A DNA stretch of 64,000 nt from Trueperaceae bacterium (GTDB lineage: Bacteria > Deinococcota > Deinococci > Deinococcales > Trueperaceae). Under the pieces are notes generated by a model, which saw nothing but the letters and a program-made list of their open reading frames with translations, did not search any database and was not told where the DNA came from. The stretch spans positions 3,776,001 through 3,840,000 of the forward strand of contig OZ243927.1 of assembly GCA_965213925.1 (NCBI GenBank). Direction: 5' to 3'. A program made the translations under genes and the position numbers. Position 1 is the stretch's first letter, and each line of letters opens with the position of its first letter. Of this stretch, positions 10,057-19,447 are shown piece by piece.

Positions 10057-10902
10057 ATGAAAGTAGCCGTAGTCGGAGCAGGAACGATGGGCGCAGGCAT
10101 CGCGCAAGCGTGCGCGAGCGCAGGACACGACGTTTCGCTGCAAGATGTGAACGAGTCGGCGCGTGAGCGCGGCCTCAAATCGATTGACAGTAGCCTCTCG
10201 CGCTTGGTCAAAAAGGACAAACTTTCCGAGCAGGACAAGGCGGACACGTTAGAGCGCATCGCCTTAGTCGGCGAGGTTGACAAGCTGAGCGACGCGGAAG
10301 TCATCGTCGAGGCAGTCTTCGAGAACATCAACGTCAAGCAAGAGGTCTGGACGAATTTGAGCGACGTGGCTCAGGACGACGCACTGTTGACGACGAACAC
10401 CTCGAGCCTCTCCATCACCGAAATCGCTTCGTTTGTTGACAAGCCCGAGCGCTTCTGCGGAATGCACTTCTTCAACCCCGTCGCCGTGCTCCCGCTCGTC
10501 GAAGTCGTCAACGCGCTGCAAACCAGCAATGAGACCATGCAACGCGCCAAGAGCTTCGCAGAGGGCATCGGCAAAACGCCCATTTTGTGCGAAGACAAAC
10601 CCGGCTTTATCGTCAACCGCCTTTTGATTCCTTACCTCAACGACGCCGTTCACGCGCTGAACGAGGGCGTCGCGAGCGCCGAAGACATTGACGCGGCGAT
10701 GAAGATGGGCGCGAACATGCCCATTGGACCGCTTGCGCTGATTGACTTAGTCGGCTTAGATGTCGCTTTAGCCGCCGCCGAATCGCTCTACGGCGAGTTT
10801 CAAGACCCCAAATTTCGCATCCACCCCCTCATGCGCCAGATGGTGCGAGCCGGGAAGTTGGGGCGGAAGACGGGCGAGGGGTTTTACAAATACGAGGAAT
10901 AA
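10057..10902 (+). CDS. hbd: 3-hydroxybutyryl-CoA dehydrogenase
   Basis: GAGTMGAGIA, EAVFEN, NTSSLS, GMHFFNP, GFIVNRL, GRKTGEGFY. Confidence 0.9.
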   Translation: MKVAVVGAGTMGAGIAQACASAGHDVSLQDVNESARERGLKSIDSSLSRLVKKDKLSEQDKADTLERIALVGEVDKLSDAEVIVEAVFENINVKQEVWTNLSDVAQDDALLTTNTSSLSITEIASFVDKPERFCGMHFFNPVAVLPLVEVVNALQTSNETMQRAKSFAEGIGKTPILCEDKPGFIVNRLLIPYLNDAVHALNEGVASAEDIDAAMKMGANMPIGPLALIDLVGLDVALAAAESLYGEFQDPKFRIHPLMRQMVRAGKLGRKTGEGFYKYEE

Positions 10903-10906
10903 GTTA

Positions 10907-10968
10907 ATAGCAACGAGCAATGAGTCTAAAGCCTTTGGTTTTCACTCATTGCTCATTGCCCGTTGCTA
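10907..10968. repeat. Heptamer-based (GCAATGA/TCATTGC) hairpin repeat
   Basis: GCAACGA GCAATGA ... TCATTGC TCATTGC CCGTTGC; homologous to 63326-63437 in reverse orientation. Confidence 0.7.
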
Positions 10969-11030
10969 CGCACATCAGAAATACGCACCCATTAGCCTCG
11001 AGACCAACCCACATTCAATAAGGAGCCCCC

Positions 11031-11858
11031 ATGTCCGACCAAACTTCCGACCAACCCCAAATCGACATCAGCGAGATCACCTCTGACTTAAAGAACCTCT
11101 CATATGAGGTCAGAGACAATGTCGCGATTATTACCATCGAACGCGAAGAGGCGCTCAACGCGCTCAACGCGGATTTGCTCTTTGAACTCGGCGTCGCCTT
11201 CGAGCTTGCCGAGGCGGACTTAGAGGTCCGCGCCGTGGTAATTACGGGCAGCGGACGCGCCTTTGTCGCGGGCGCGGATATCGCTAGCTTAAAGGCGATT
11301 TCTGATCCCTTTAGCGGGCGCGAAGCCTCTTTAGCCGGGCAAGATGTGATGAACACGCTCGCGGCGTTGCCGGTCCCGACGATTGCCGCGATTAACGGCT
11401 TCGCCTTGGGCGGCGGCTTGGAACTCGCGCTCGCCTGTGACCTCCGCGTCGCCGGGACGAAGGCTCGTTTAGGTTTACCCGAAGTCGGCTTAGGCATCTT
11501 ACCCGGCTACGGCGGCACCCAGCGCTTACCGCGCCTGATTGGACAAGGACGGGCGATGGACCTCATTTTTACCGGAAGGCACGTTCAGGCGGAAGAGGCG
11601 TTGCAGCTTGGGCTCGTGAACCGCGTGGTGGAGGATGCGCTCGAGGGCGCTTTAGAACTCGCCGCCTTGACCCTTAAAAATGCGCCCATCTCCCTCGGCT
11701 TAGCGAAAGAAGCCGTCGTAAGAGGTTACGATGTGACCATTAATCAGGGCTTGGAAATCGAAGCAGACCTCTTCGGGATGGCGGCGTCTACGGAAGACGC
11801 AACGGAAGGGATGTCGGCATTTTTGGAGAAGCGGGCAGCGGAATTCAAAGGAAAATAG
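11031..11858 (+). CDS. crt: Enoyl-CoA hydratase (crotonase)
   Basis: AFVAGADI, AINGFALGGGLELALACD, GLPEVGLGILPGYGGTQRLPRLIG. Confidence 0.88.
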   Translation: MSDQTSDQPQIDISEITSDLKNLSYEVRDNVAIITIEREEALNALNADLLFELGVAFELAEADLEVRAVVITGSGRAFVAGADIASLKAISDPFSGREASLAGQDVMNTLAALPVPTIAAINGFALGGGLELALACDLRVAGTKARLGLPEVGLGILPGYGGTQRLPRLIGQGRAMDLIFTGRHVQAEEALQLGLVNRVVEDALEGALELAALTLKNAPISLGLAKEAVVRGYDVTINQGLEIEADLFGMAASTEDATEGMSAFLEKRAAEFKGK

Positions 11859-11925
11859 AAGATTGAAAATGAAAAGCTCTCTCGTTGATTGTCTGCTGGG
11901 TAACGGTGGACAGTAACACGAAAAA

Positions 11926-12387
11926 GTGAAACTTATTCGCGATAGAAAACGCACCGTAGACCTCGGTGCGTTTCTCTTGAGACCTCTTCTTGCGCATTTG
12001 ACAACTGCGTCTAAAGATGGACCCAGGGACTCCCCGGTATGGTTTTTGTGGGAAGACGAGGCGCTGTGGATGATCGGTGACAAGCAAGCTGACACCTTCC
12101 CAAAACGCATTCAAGCTGAGCCGCGCTGCGCGGTAGGGATTGTCGATTTCGATGTTTTAACTGGACGAGTGGAACATGTGGGAATGCGCGGACGTGCCGC
12201 AGTTGTTCCCTTCGAGGCGAATCGCGCTCGCAGACTGCTTCGTCGCTATTTGGGAGAGGACGAGGAAGGGTGGGACTCACGGTTTAGAGAGGCTTTAGAA
12301 AATCCCAACACGCTCCTCGTTCGCTTCATGCCGGAAACCGTCGTGGTAAGAGATGTGTCTTTCCAACCGAGTCTACCGCTGAAGTGA
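11926..12387 (+). CDS. Pyridoxamine 5'-phosphate oxidase-like (split barrel) protein
   Basis: AHLTT..DGPRDSPVWFLWED, EPRCAVGIVD, MRGRA. Confidence 0.75.
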   Translation: MKLIRDRKRTVDLGAFLLRPLLAHLTTASKDGPRDSPVWFLWEDEALWMIGDKQADTFPKRIQAEPRCAVGIVDFDVLTGRVEHVGMRGRAAVVPFEANRARRLLRRYLGEDEEGWDSRFREALENPNTLLVRFMPETVVVRDVSFQPSLPLK

Positions 12388-12393
12388 GCAGAA

Positions 12394-12423
12394 AGGAGGC
12401 TCGAGTCTGACTCGAGCCTCCTT
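12394..12423. terminator. Hairpin between convergent genes, built from two CTCGAG sites
   Basis: AGGAGGCTCGAG-TCTGA-CTCGAGCCTCCT. Confidence 0.55.
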
Positions 12424-12444
12424 CACCTGACTGAATTTAACCTT

Positions 12445-12786
12445 TTACGGTTCATCCCTATCATCCACCCGCGCTGGCGGATGCGTCGCTTCAACTGCTG
12501 TAAACGCCTCTAGAATATTGTACGTGTGCGACGCCCCTTGCGGTACGAGCCACGAGTCGCCCTCTTCCAGAAGCACTTTCTGCCCCTCTAAGTGAAGCTC
12601 CGCCCTGCCGCTAATAACAAAGCCGACGGTCTCATACTCACGTTTCGCTTCGGGTTTGGGCTCGCTCGGCTCTTCAGCGTCCCACATGCGCATAGACATG
12701 CCGACACCTGAGACGAGGTAGGTCTGCCCCATGTCACCTTTCGGCGAGGTTTTAGCGTTGACTTTCTTAACGGTTGTATCGCTCAT
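12445..12786 (-). CDS. Cupin domain protein
   Basis: YETVGFVISGRAEL...GDSWLVPQGASHTY. Confidence 0.8.
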   Translation of the reverse strand: MSDTTVKKVNAKTSPKGDMGQTYLVSGVGMSMRMWDAEEPSEPKPEAKREYETVGFVISGRAELHLEGQKVLLEEGDSWLVPQGASHTYNILEAFTAVEATHPPARVDDRDEP

Positions 12787-12886
12787 CGTGCCTCCTTGAA
12801 TTTATCTGAAAGATGATTCAGCGGCGCTGAATGCCACTTACGGATTATGTCAAGGGTGGCACGAAGAGCAGGAGCTTGAAAGTAAG

Positions 12887-13780
12887 CTAAGGCGTGTATT
12901 TCTCTTCCAAGTAACCGACAACGGCTTGGTCGATGTAACCTGCTTCTACGGTGCGCTCCTCTAAGTTCTCCGTGCCGATAAGGTCACGAAGTGCTCTTTC
13001 AGAAGCATCATCCCAACTGCCGCGCACGTCGGTGAGGTGACCTGAGCGGACGAGGACCTTTTGCAAACGCTCGGCTAGCTCGGCGTCAATCTCTAAAATC
13101 TCATCTTCTTTAGGGCGTTCGAAAAAAAGCCGCTGTAAGCCTAAAAGCCGCTGCAACTCGCCGACAGGTTGTGGGTGGTCGTCCACGCGCAGGTCGATGT
13201 AGCGGTCATTGAAGCCGCCGTAGCCGCCCGCTTCGCGCACGACTAGAAGCGCGGCGGACTGCCGCCCGCGCTTGTCGCCACCCGCGCTGTCGCCTGCAGC
13301 TAAAGCCTTTAAGAGACGCTCGGGCAGCGCGCCTTCGGTCTCCAGGAAGGTTTGCTCGAGCCCCTCCACCACTTCGGGACCAACCAGTAAGTTTCCTTGC
13401 ACCGCGTAGTTCTCGCCGCGCTTACCGCCCGCCCAGGGATGGCACTCGTCGCCCGTAAAGGTGAGGCTGTTGCCGCCCGCGTCCACCAGACCATACTGCC
13501 GCTGCGCGTGCTGCGCGTCGGATTCAGCGAAGGCTTGGTGGATGAGGTCTAAAGAGATACCGCCCCGAATCGCCATCATGGTGCGCGGTCCGAAGGTCGT
13601 ATTGGCGTAGGACTGCGTCGCCACTGCGCCGCGCCCCGCTTCGGCGTAAGGGACGACCGCGCCGACCGCCAAAAACTTAGAGGCGGTGGCGACGCCTAAG
13701 TCACCTGTGTCGGGGTCTCTAGCGACGACGGAAAAGGTGGAAACAGGAGGAGCGGCGGGCGCGCGGGGGGACTTCTTCAT
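12887..13780 (-). CDS. DUF1028 (Ntn-hydrolase-like) protein with C-terminal peptidoglycan-binding-like domain
   Basis: TFSVVARD..GVATASKFLAVG, GGDKRGRQSAAL, DLRVDDH. Confidence 0.85.
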   Translation of the reverse strand: MKKSPRAPAAPPVSTFSVVARDPDTGDLGVATASKFLAVGAVVPYAEAGRGAVATQSYANTTFGPRTMMAIRGGISLDLIHQAFAESDAQHAQRQYGLVDAGGNSLTFTGDECHPWAGGKRGENYAVQGNLLVGPEVVEGLEQTFLETEGALPERLLKALAAGDSAGGDKRGRQSAALLVVREAGGYGGFNDRYIDLRVDDHPQPVGELQRLLGLQRLFFERPKEDEILEIDAELAERLQKVLVRSGHLTDVRGSWDDASERALRDLIGTENLEERTVEAGYIDQAVVGYLEEKYTP

Positions 13781-13837
13781 GCACTGAGCCTAGCACGCAC
13801 AGCCCGCGGAGGGTGGCTAGAACGGACCGGCGGCGTT

Positions 13838-15058
13838 TTAGGGCGCATCCTCACCTTCGGCGACCCCGCCGCCGTTAGGGTTACCGCTCTTGGGTCCGAC
13901 GCTGACGGTCACGGGCTCGATATTCAGCTCGACGCGGATGACGCTGTAGTTGTCGGCGTCGCTGACGCGCCCCCAGTAGCCCATGCTTTGAGGCGTCTTG
14001 CTGAGCGTGACGCGCACGCCGTCGGCGCTAAAACTCGCCGCCGAGTTGCCGACGAAGCCGAGCCCGCTCGCGCCGTTTTCGGGGCTATCTACGAGTTGCG
14101 TCAAGAGGTCGGTCAAGACGCCCGGACCAAAGGCGTCTACGGCGAAGATATCGCCTGCGCCGTAGTAGTAGCCGACCTCTCGGGTATTGATGCGCTCGAG
14201 CCGCACCGAAAAGGTGTTCGTTTCGGGGTCGAAGCTGTCGCCGCCAGCGAGGAGGCTGATGAGGACGCCCTCGAGCGCCGCCAATTCTGCACCTAGGGGC
14301 ATCTCGATGAGCGCCACGTGCCGCTCGCCTAAAACTTGCCACGGTCCCTCTTCAGGCACGATGAGAGCGGTGTTCTCGCTGATGCCTGCGCCGAGCGGTG
14401 TGTCCGTCTCGATGAGAGCGCCGAGCAGCCGCCCTAGGTGTCCGCGCTCGATGAAATGATGGTCGAAGACGACGCCCTCTACAAACCCGAGCCCCTGCTC
14501 CAAACTCACCGTGTTCTCGCCGACGAGGAGCGTGTCGACGCTCGAGCCGCCCCCTATCATCGCCTCGCTCAGCGCCGCCGCGCCCGCGCTCGTACCCGCG
14601 ACGGGCGCGCCCGCCTCGAAGCGGGCGCGCAAGGTGGCGAGCGCAGGCGTGTCTTCCCCCTCGACCAAAAAGGCGTCGGTGATAAAGCGCTGATCGCGCC
14701 CACCCGTGAAGAAGTAGCCGCCGCAAGCGGCAATCTGATCTAAGACGGCTCCATCCGAGGTGCTTTGCGCCGCGTTGTCCGCGGAGATGTCGACGAAGAC
14801 CGGTTCCGCGCCGAAGCGCGTAAAGTCGCGGATATAAGACTGCGCGACCTCTTCGGGGTCCGCACTCGCCGTTCCGAAGATACATACCGTGTCGTTCTCC
14901 AAGCGCTCGACGAAACTGCCGTAGACCGCCTCGTTGAGAGGACTGAGCGCGCCACCGATCACGATGAGGTCGCCCGCATAGCTAGGCGTGCCAAGGAGGG
15001 CGAACAAAAGTAGTAAACATCGAGCCGTCGGCGGCACGTCGGTATCCTTCCCAGCCAC
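13838..15058 (-). CDS. Secreted cyanophycinase (peptidase S51, CphE-like)
   Basis: Signal peptide, LIVIGG, FFTGG.DQ, GTSAG nucleophile, FDHHF..RG.LGRL, GISENTA. Confidence 0.78.
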   Translation of the reverse strand: MAGKDTDVPPTARCLLLLFALLGTPSYAGDLIVIGGALSPLNEAVYGSFVERLENDTVCIFGTASADPEEVAQSYIRDFTRFGAEPVFVDISADNAAQSTSDGAVLDQIAACGGYFFTGGRDQRFITDAFLVEGEDTPALATLRARFEAGAPVAGTSAGAAALSEAMIGGGSSVDTLLVGENTVSLEQGLGFVEGVVFDHHFIERGHLGRLLGALIETDTPLGAGISENTALIVPEEGPWQVLGERHVALIEMPLGAELAALEGVLISLLAGGDSFDPETNTFSVRLERINTREVGYYYGAGDIFAVDAFGPGVLTDLLTQLVDSPENGASGLGFVGNSAASFSADGVRVTLSKTPQSMGYWGRVSDADNYSVIRVELNIEPVTVSVGPKSGNPNGGGVAEGEDAP

Positions 15059-15136
15059 TGTCTAAAGGCGTCTAAGCGCGGAAGATAGGGCGAATTAGAG
15101 TGAGGCGCGCCCGAACATCGCACCCTAGCGCGCGTT

Positions 15137-15182
15137 CACGTACGTTTATACCCAATTACCCACGTACGTTTATACCCAATTA
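15137..15182. repeat. Tandem direct repeat, 24 bp period
   Basis: CACGTACGTTTATACCCAATTA twice in a divergent intergenic region. Confidence 0.85.
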
Positions 15183-15393
15183 AAGGTAACGTGCCCATCC
15201 TACCACTGTCAATTCATCGCAACCTTAACGAACCTTCATCATAAGCGCGCTACTTACGCGCCGTAAAAGCGCGGCTGAGCGCGTTTCAGAGTCGGGGCGG
15301 TCCGCGGCGACGCCTCAACCGACGCGCCTCAGCCGACGAGACGGGTCGGCGGGCGCGGCTGTCAGCTAAAGCGTAGCCTAAGGGGTTCTTAGG

Positions 15394-16428
15394 ATGATTA
15401 AATCAGGGATGCCTATCCGCCTCAAAGCCACGCTCATCATCCTCGGTCTGGTCACGCTGCTCGCGCTACTCGGTCCTTTCTTTGTCCCTGTGCCCAGCTT
15501 AGAAACCGTGCCTAGCTCGAGCCTAGCCGAGCCGGACAGCCAATTCGTCCAGGTCAACGCGCCCGGCATGACCGGGCTGCAGGTCCACTACAAAGCGCAG
15601 GGAGAGGGCGAGCCGCACCTCCTCTTGCTGCACGGCTTCGGCGGCAGCACCTTCTCTTGGCGCGAAGTTCTAGGCGCGTTACCCGGCACTGCGGTCGCCT
15701 TCGACCGCCCCGGCTTCGGCTTGACCGAACGCCCGCTGCGCGGCGAATGGCAGGGCAGCAATCCGTACAGCCCAGCGGCGCAAGTGGACCTCGTGGTCGC
15801 GCTCATGGATGAGCTTGGTATGGAGGACGCGGTTCTGGTGGGCAACTCGGCGGGCGGCACCCTGGCGCTCAGGGTCGCGCTGGCGCACCCAGGGCGCGTC
15901 TCCGGCCTCGTCTTAGCGGACGCCGCCGTCTACGAGGGCGGCGGCGCGCCCAACTGGATCAGGCCATTCCTCAGTACGCCGCAAGTGAACCGCTTAGGTC
16001 CGCTCGTCGCGCGGCAGTTCGGCGGCGAACCCGGTCTCGACTTCTTGCGGAGCGCCTACGCCGATCCGACGAAACTCACCGAAGCGGACCTAGCGGGCTA
16101 TCAGCGTTGGCTCCAGGCGGACGACTGGGACGCCGCTCTGTGGGAACTCGTCAAGGCGAGCCGCACCGTCAACTTAACGCCGCAGCTCAGCCGTGTTCAG
16201 ACGCCCACGCTCGTCGTGACCGGGCAAGAGGACACGTTCGTCGCGCCCGTGCAGAGCGAACAGCTTGCCGAGACGCTGCCGGATGCCTTGTTCGTACCGT
16301 TACAAGGCTGCGGGCACTTGCCGCAGGAGGAGTGTCCAGGCGCGTTCGTAGAGGCAGTATCCAACTGGCTTACTCAAACGGGGTTAGTTCAGAGTAAGGT
16401 GACACAAGAAGTCGCGCGGCTCAAATGA
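15394..16428 (+). CDS. Alpha/beta hydrolase with N-terminal membrane anchor
   Basis: LLHGFGGS, FDRPGFG, GNSAGG, GQED, CGHLPQEE. Confidence 0.88.
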   Translation: MIKSGMPIRLKATLIILGLVTLLALLGPFFVPVPSLETVPSSSLAEPDSQFVQVNAPGMTGLQVHYKAQGEGEPHLLLLHGFGGSTFSWREVLGALPGTAVAFDRPGFGLTERPLRGEWQGSNPYSPAAQVDLVVALMDELGMEDAVLVGNSAGGTLALRVALAHPGRVSGLVLADAAVYEGGGAPNWIRPFLSTPQVNRLGPLVARQFGGEPGLDFLRSAYADPTKLTEADLAGYQRWLQADDWDAALWELVKASRTVNLTPQLSRVQTPTLVVTGQEDTFVAPVQSEQLAETLPDALFVPLQGCGHLPQEECPGAFVEAVSNWLTQTGLVQSKVTQEVARLK

Positions 16429-16432
16429 ATGC

Positions 16433-17023
16433 CTACTCAAAGACAAGCTCTAACCCTGCCAACAGCCCCCACGCTTCAGGCAGGGACACCTGCGCGCCCG
16501 CCACCTTGTTGCTCAGCACATTGACCGCGTAGTTCTTCGCTCCTCGCAAATCCGCACCGGAGAGGTCACACTCCCTAAAGGTGCTCCCTGCGAAATCCGT
16601 ACCGCCAAAGTCAGTTTCTACAAACGTCATCTCAGTGAGGTAAAGCTCATGCGCCATGCACTCCGTGATGCGCCTCTTGCTCAAGTCCAGCCCGAGAAAG
16701 GTCGCGTAGTTGAGCGTACAAGCGTGAAAGTCCACGCTCACCTCTCGAGTCAAAGGTGTCGCTAGCAAAGACCAGTTGATACCGACTAGCGCGGTGCGCT
16801 CGAAGCGCGTATCTTGAAACTCCGCGTCGGTGACATCGGCTAGGCTCAAGTCGCAGTTTGAGAAAAGGCAGTCTGTGAAGCGGGAACGCTTAAAGCTCGA
16901 GCTGTTAAACTGACAGCCTCTAAACTCACAGTCGTAAAAGGTTATTCCCTCTAGGGGCTGTGAGGGGCAATCTAATTCTGTAAACGTTTCATCCTCGTAC
17001 ACCTTTTGTGTAAACAGCGTCAC
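16433..17023 (-). CDS. Pentapeptide repeat protein
   Basis: Iterated CxF/AxL pentamers; start placed at the GTG 5 nt after TACGCT. Confidence 0.85.
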   Translation of the reverse strand: MTLFTQKVYEDETFTELDCPSQPLEGITFYDCEFRGCQFNSSSFKRSRFTDCLFSNCDLSLADVTDAEFQDTRFERTALVGINWSLLATPLTREVSVDFHACTLNYATFLGLDLSKRRITECMAHELYLTEMTFVETDFGGTDFAGSTFRECDLSGADLRGAKNYAVNVLSNKVAGAQVSLPEAWGLLAGLELVFE

Positions 17024-17064
17024 AGTTAAGCGTAGCAAATTTCTCCGGGTGTTAGAGTAACTTT

Positions 17065-18096
17065 ATGGACCTACTCAAGCAACTCTCCGAAGTCGGCGGC
17101 GTGCCGGGGCGCGAAGAGCGCGTCCGCGAGCTGCTGCAACGCGAACTAGAAGGCGTCGTCGATTCACTTCACACCGACGCGATGGGCAACCTCATCGCCT
17201 ATAAGAAGGGCGACGGCAAGCGCGTCATGTTGAGCGCGCACATGGACGAAATCGGCTTCTACGTCAAATTTGTGGACGACAAAGGCTTTTTACGCGTACA
17301 GAACGTCGGCGGTTTCGATACGCGCAACCTCTTCGCGCGACCTGTCACCGTGCAGACCAAAAGTGGCGACTTAGTCGGCGTCATGAACCCGGCGACAAAG
17401 CCTATCCACATTTCTACCGCCGAGGAACGTAAAAAAATCCCGCAGATGAACGAGTTCGCCATCGACTTAGGGATGGACACAGACGAGGTCAAGGAAAAGG
17501 TGCGCGTCGGCGACCCCGTGACGCTCATTCAGGAGTTTCGCGACCTAGGCGAGGTCGTGACGGGCAAAGCGCTCGACGACCGGGTGAGCTGCTGGATTTT
17601 AGTCGAAGTGCTCAAAAAGCTCGAGAATCCTACTTACGACGTTTACGCCGTCTTTAGCACCCAAGAAGAGGTCGGCTTGCGGGGCGCGACGACGGGCGCG
17701 TTCGGCGTGGAGCCAGAGATCGGCATCGCCCTCGACACCACGCTCGCGGTGGACACCCCCGGCACGAGCGACGACCAGCGTGTGACGAAGTTGGGCGCGG
17801 GTACGGCGCTCAAGGTGATGGACTCCGCGTCCATCAGCACCCGCTGGCTCCTGGACGAATTCGTACAGGGGTCGCCGAGAAGAACAGCGTTCGCTTATCA
17901 GTTTGAAATTTTGCCCTTAGGCGGCACGGACGCGGGTGCGATCCAAAAGAGTCGCGCGGGCGTTCCTACCCTCACCATTTCGACGCCCTCACGCTACGTG
18001 CACACCGTGACCGAGATGGTTGCCAAATCAGATGTAAACGCGGCGATCGAGCTACTGACTCACTTTCTCATGGAGGAGCGTTCCACGAACGAGTAG
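17065..18096 (+). CDS. M42 family aminopeptidase
   Basis: SAHMDEIG, KALDDR, QEEVGLRGA, GGTDAG, RYVH; short out-of-register stretch near 17868-17897. Confidence 0.9.
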   Translation: MDLLKQLSEVGGVPGREERVRELLQRELEGVVDSLHTDAMGNLIAYKKGDGKRVMLSAHMDEIGFYVKFVDDKGFLRVQNVGGFDTRNLFARPVTVQTKSGDLVGVMNPATKPIHISTAEERKKIPQMNEFAIDLGMDTDEVKEKVRVGDPVTLIQEFRDLGEVVTGKALDDRVSCWILVEVLKKLENPTYDVYAVFSTQEEVGLRGATTGAFGVEPEIGIALDTTLAVDTPGTSDDQRVTKLGAGTALKVMDSASISTRWLLDEFVQGSPRRTAFAYQFEILPLGGTDAGAIQKSRAGVPTLTISTPSRYVHTVTEMVAKSDVNAAIELLTHFLMEERSTNE

Positions 18097-18238
18097 TTGG
18101 CAACTGATGATGGAGCGAAGGCGGCGCTTTTGTTACCGCAGCGCCGCCTAAACAAGCCTAAATAAGAAGGTTAAATGAGACAGTCTTTGCATTTATAGTT
18201 GGCACAGTGAGAGCGTCTCTTCGTAACACTTCGTGCAC

Positions 18239-18353
18239 TATAGCAGTTCACATAAGCACTGAGCTTGAATCACGCAAGTATCATTTCCAAACGTGCGCGC
18301 TAGACTGCGTTCCCTCTTCTCGGATTGGCTCAAACCAAATGATACTTGCTATA
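18239..18353 (-). repeat. 115 bp TATAGCA-bounded repeat (MITE-like)
   Basis: Near-identical reverse complement of 29760-29874. Confidence 0.9.
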
Positions 18354-18451
18354 TTTCTATTCGCGTCCGCTCAGGTCGGTCTTCTATCACAAAGGCTCGA
18401 GCTAGAGGAGATTTGGTCAAGCTCGTTCTTCGGATGCGCTAAACTGAGACT

Positions 18452-18631
18452 ATGAAACCCGAGTACATCTCCTGGCAAAAGGATGACATACGGTCAAGGT
18501 GTTTAGAAGAGTATCCCAACCTCTGGACGCAGGGCGAGAGCGAAGCGGAGCTTAGAGAGAACCTCACCAACATTTGCAAAGACGTAGAAATATTGGAAGT
18601 CAAGTCTGGGGGTGCTTATGGACGCAGTTAG
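18452..18631 (+). pseudogene. Degenerate HicB-like copy
   Basis: MKPEYISWQKDDIRSRCLEEYPNLWTQGESEAELRENL is a diverged paralogue of 19250-19420. Confidence 0.6.
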
Positions 18632-19217
18632 AGAACGCTCTGTCAACTGGCAACCGCTCGTCATGCGCCTCCCGGCATTTGAGCTGAACGCCGACACTTT
18701 CTTCCATATTGCTCAAGCCAATCAGGACCTCCGCATGGAGTTAAGCGCCGAAGGAGACCTTATCGTCATGCCGCCCGCCGGAGGCAACACGAGTAGCCGC
18801 AACGCCGAACTTACTGCTCAATTCGTCTTTTGGAACCGCCAACATAAGCGGGGCAAGGTCTTCGATTCTTCTGGAGGGTTCATCTTAGCAAACGGCGCGG
18901 TTCGTTCACCCGATATATCCTGGGTCAGCGAGGAGAGATTGGCTGAGCTGACAGACGTACAAAGGGAAAAGTTTCTCCCGCTCTGTCCCGAGTTCGTCTT
19001 AGAGCTTCGCTCCCCTTCTGACCGCCTCAGCGTCGTTAAAGAAAAGATGCAAGAGTATATGGAGAACGGCGCAGAATTAGGCTGGCTTATCGACCCGCAG
19101 GAGAGGCGCGTTTACATCTATACGGCTGATGGCGTGGAGGAACTCGAGCAGCCTCAAGAGGTTGTGGGAACGGGTGTGTTAGAGGGATTTAGGCTCGAGT
19201 TGGCGGAGATTTGGTGA
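18618..19217 (+). CDS. Uma2 family endonuclease
   Basis: GDLIVMPP, FDSSGGF.L.NGAVRSPDISW, CPEFVLELRSPSD, GWLIDP. Confidence 0.9.
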   Translation: MDAVRERSVNWQPLVMRLPAFELNADTFFHIAQANQDLRMELSAEGDLIVMPPAGGNTSSRNAELTAQFVFWNRQHKRGKVFDSSGGFILANGAVRSPDISWVSEERLAELTDVQREKFLPLCPEFVLELRSPSDRLSVVKEKMQEYMENGAELGWLIDPQERRVYIYTADGVEELEQPQEVVGTGVLEGFRLELAEIW

Positions 19218-19249
19218 GGTTGGTTCTTCGGATACGCTAAAATGAAGCT

Positions 19250-19420
19250 ATGAAACCTAAGTACGTTTATTGGCAAGAGGACGACATGTGGTTAGGCTAT
19301 TTGGAAGAGTATCCTGACTACTGGACGCAGGGCGAGAGTGAAGCGGAGTTGCGGGAGAATCTCCTCGACATTTATAAAGACGTGAGCAGCGGCGCTATTT
19401 CAAGTATTGGATTCTTGTAA
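19250..19420 (+). CDS. Short HicB-family antitoxin-like protein (no HicA partner)
   Basis: MKPKYVYWQEDDMWLGYLEEYPDYWTQGESEAELRENLLDIY; below the ORF-track cutoff; TAAAAT 6 nt upstream. Confidence 0.7.
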   Translation: MKPKYVYWQEDDMWLGYLEEYPDYWTQGESEAELRENLLDIYKDVSSGAISSIGFL

Positions 19421-19447
19421 AGCACTGAGGATTGAAGAAAAATAAAC

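Noticed and set aside
16433..17023. Pentapeptide protein as a Qnr/MfpA quinolone-resistance gene
   Set aside because: The repeat pattern alone cannot separate it from generic pentapeptide proteins.
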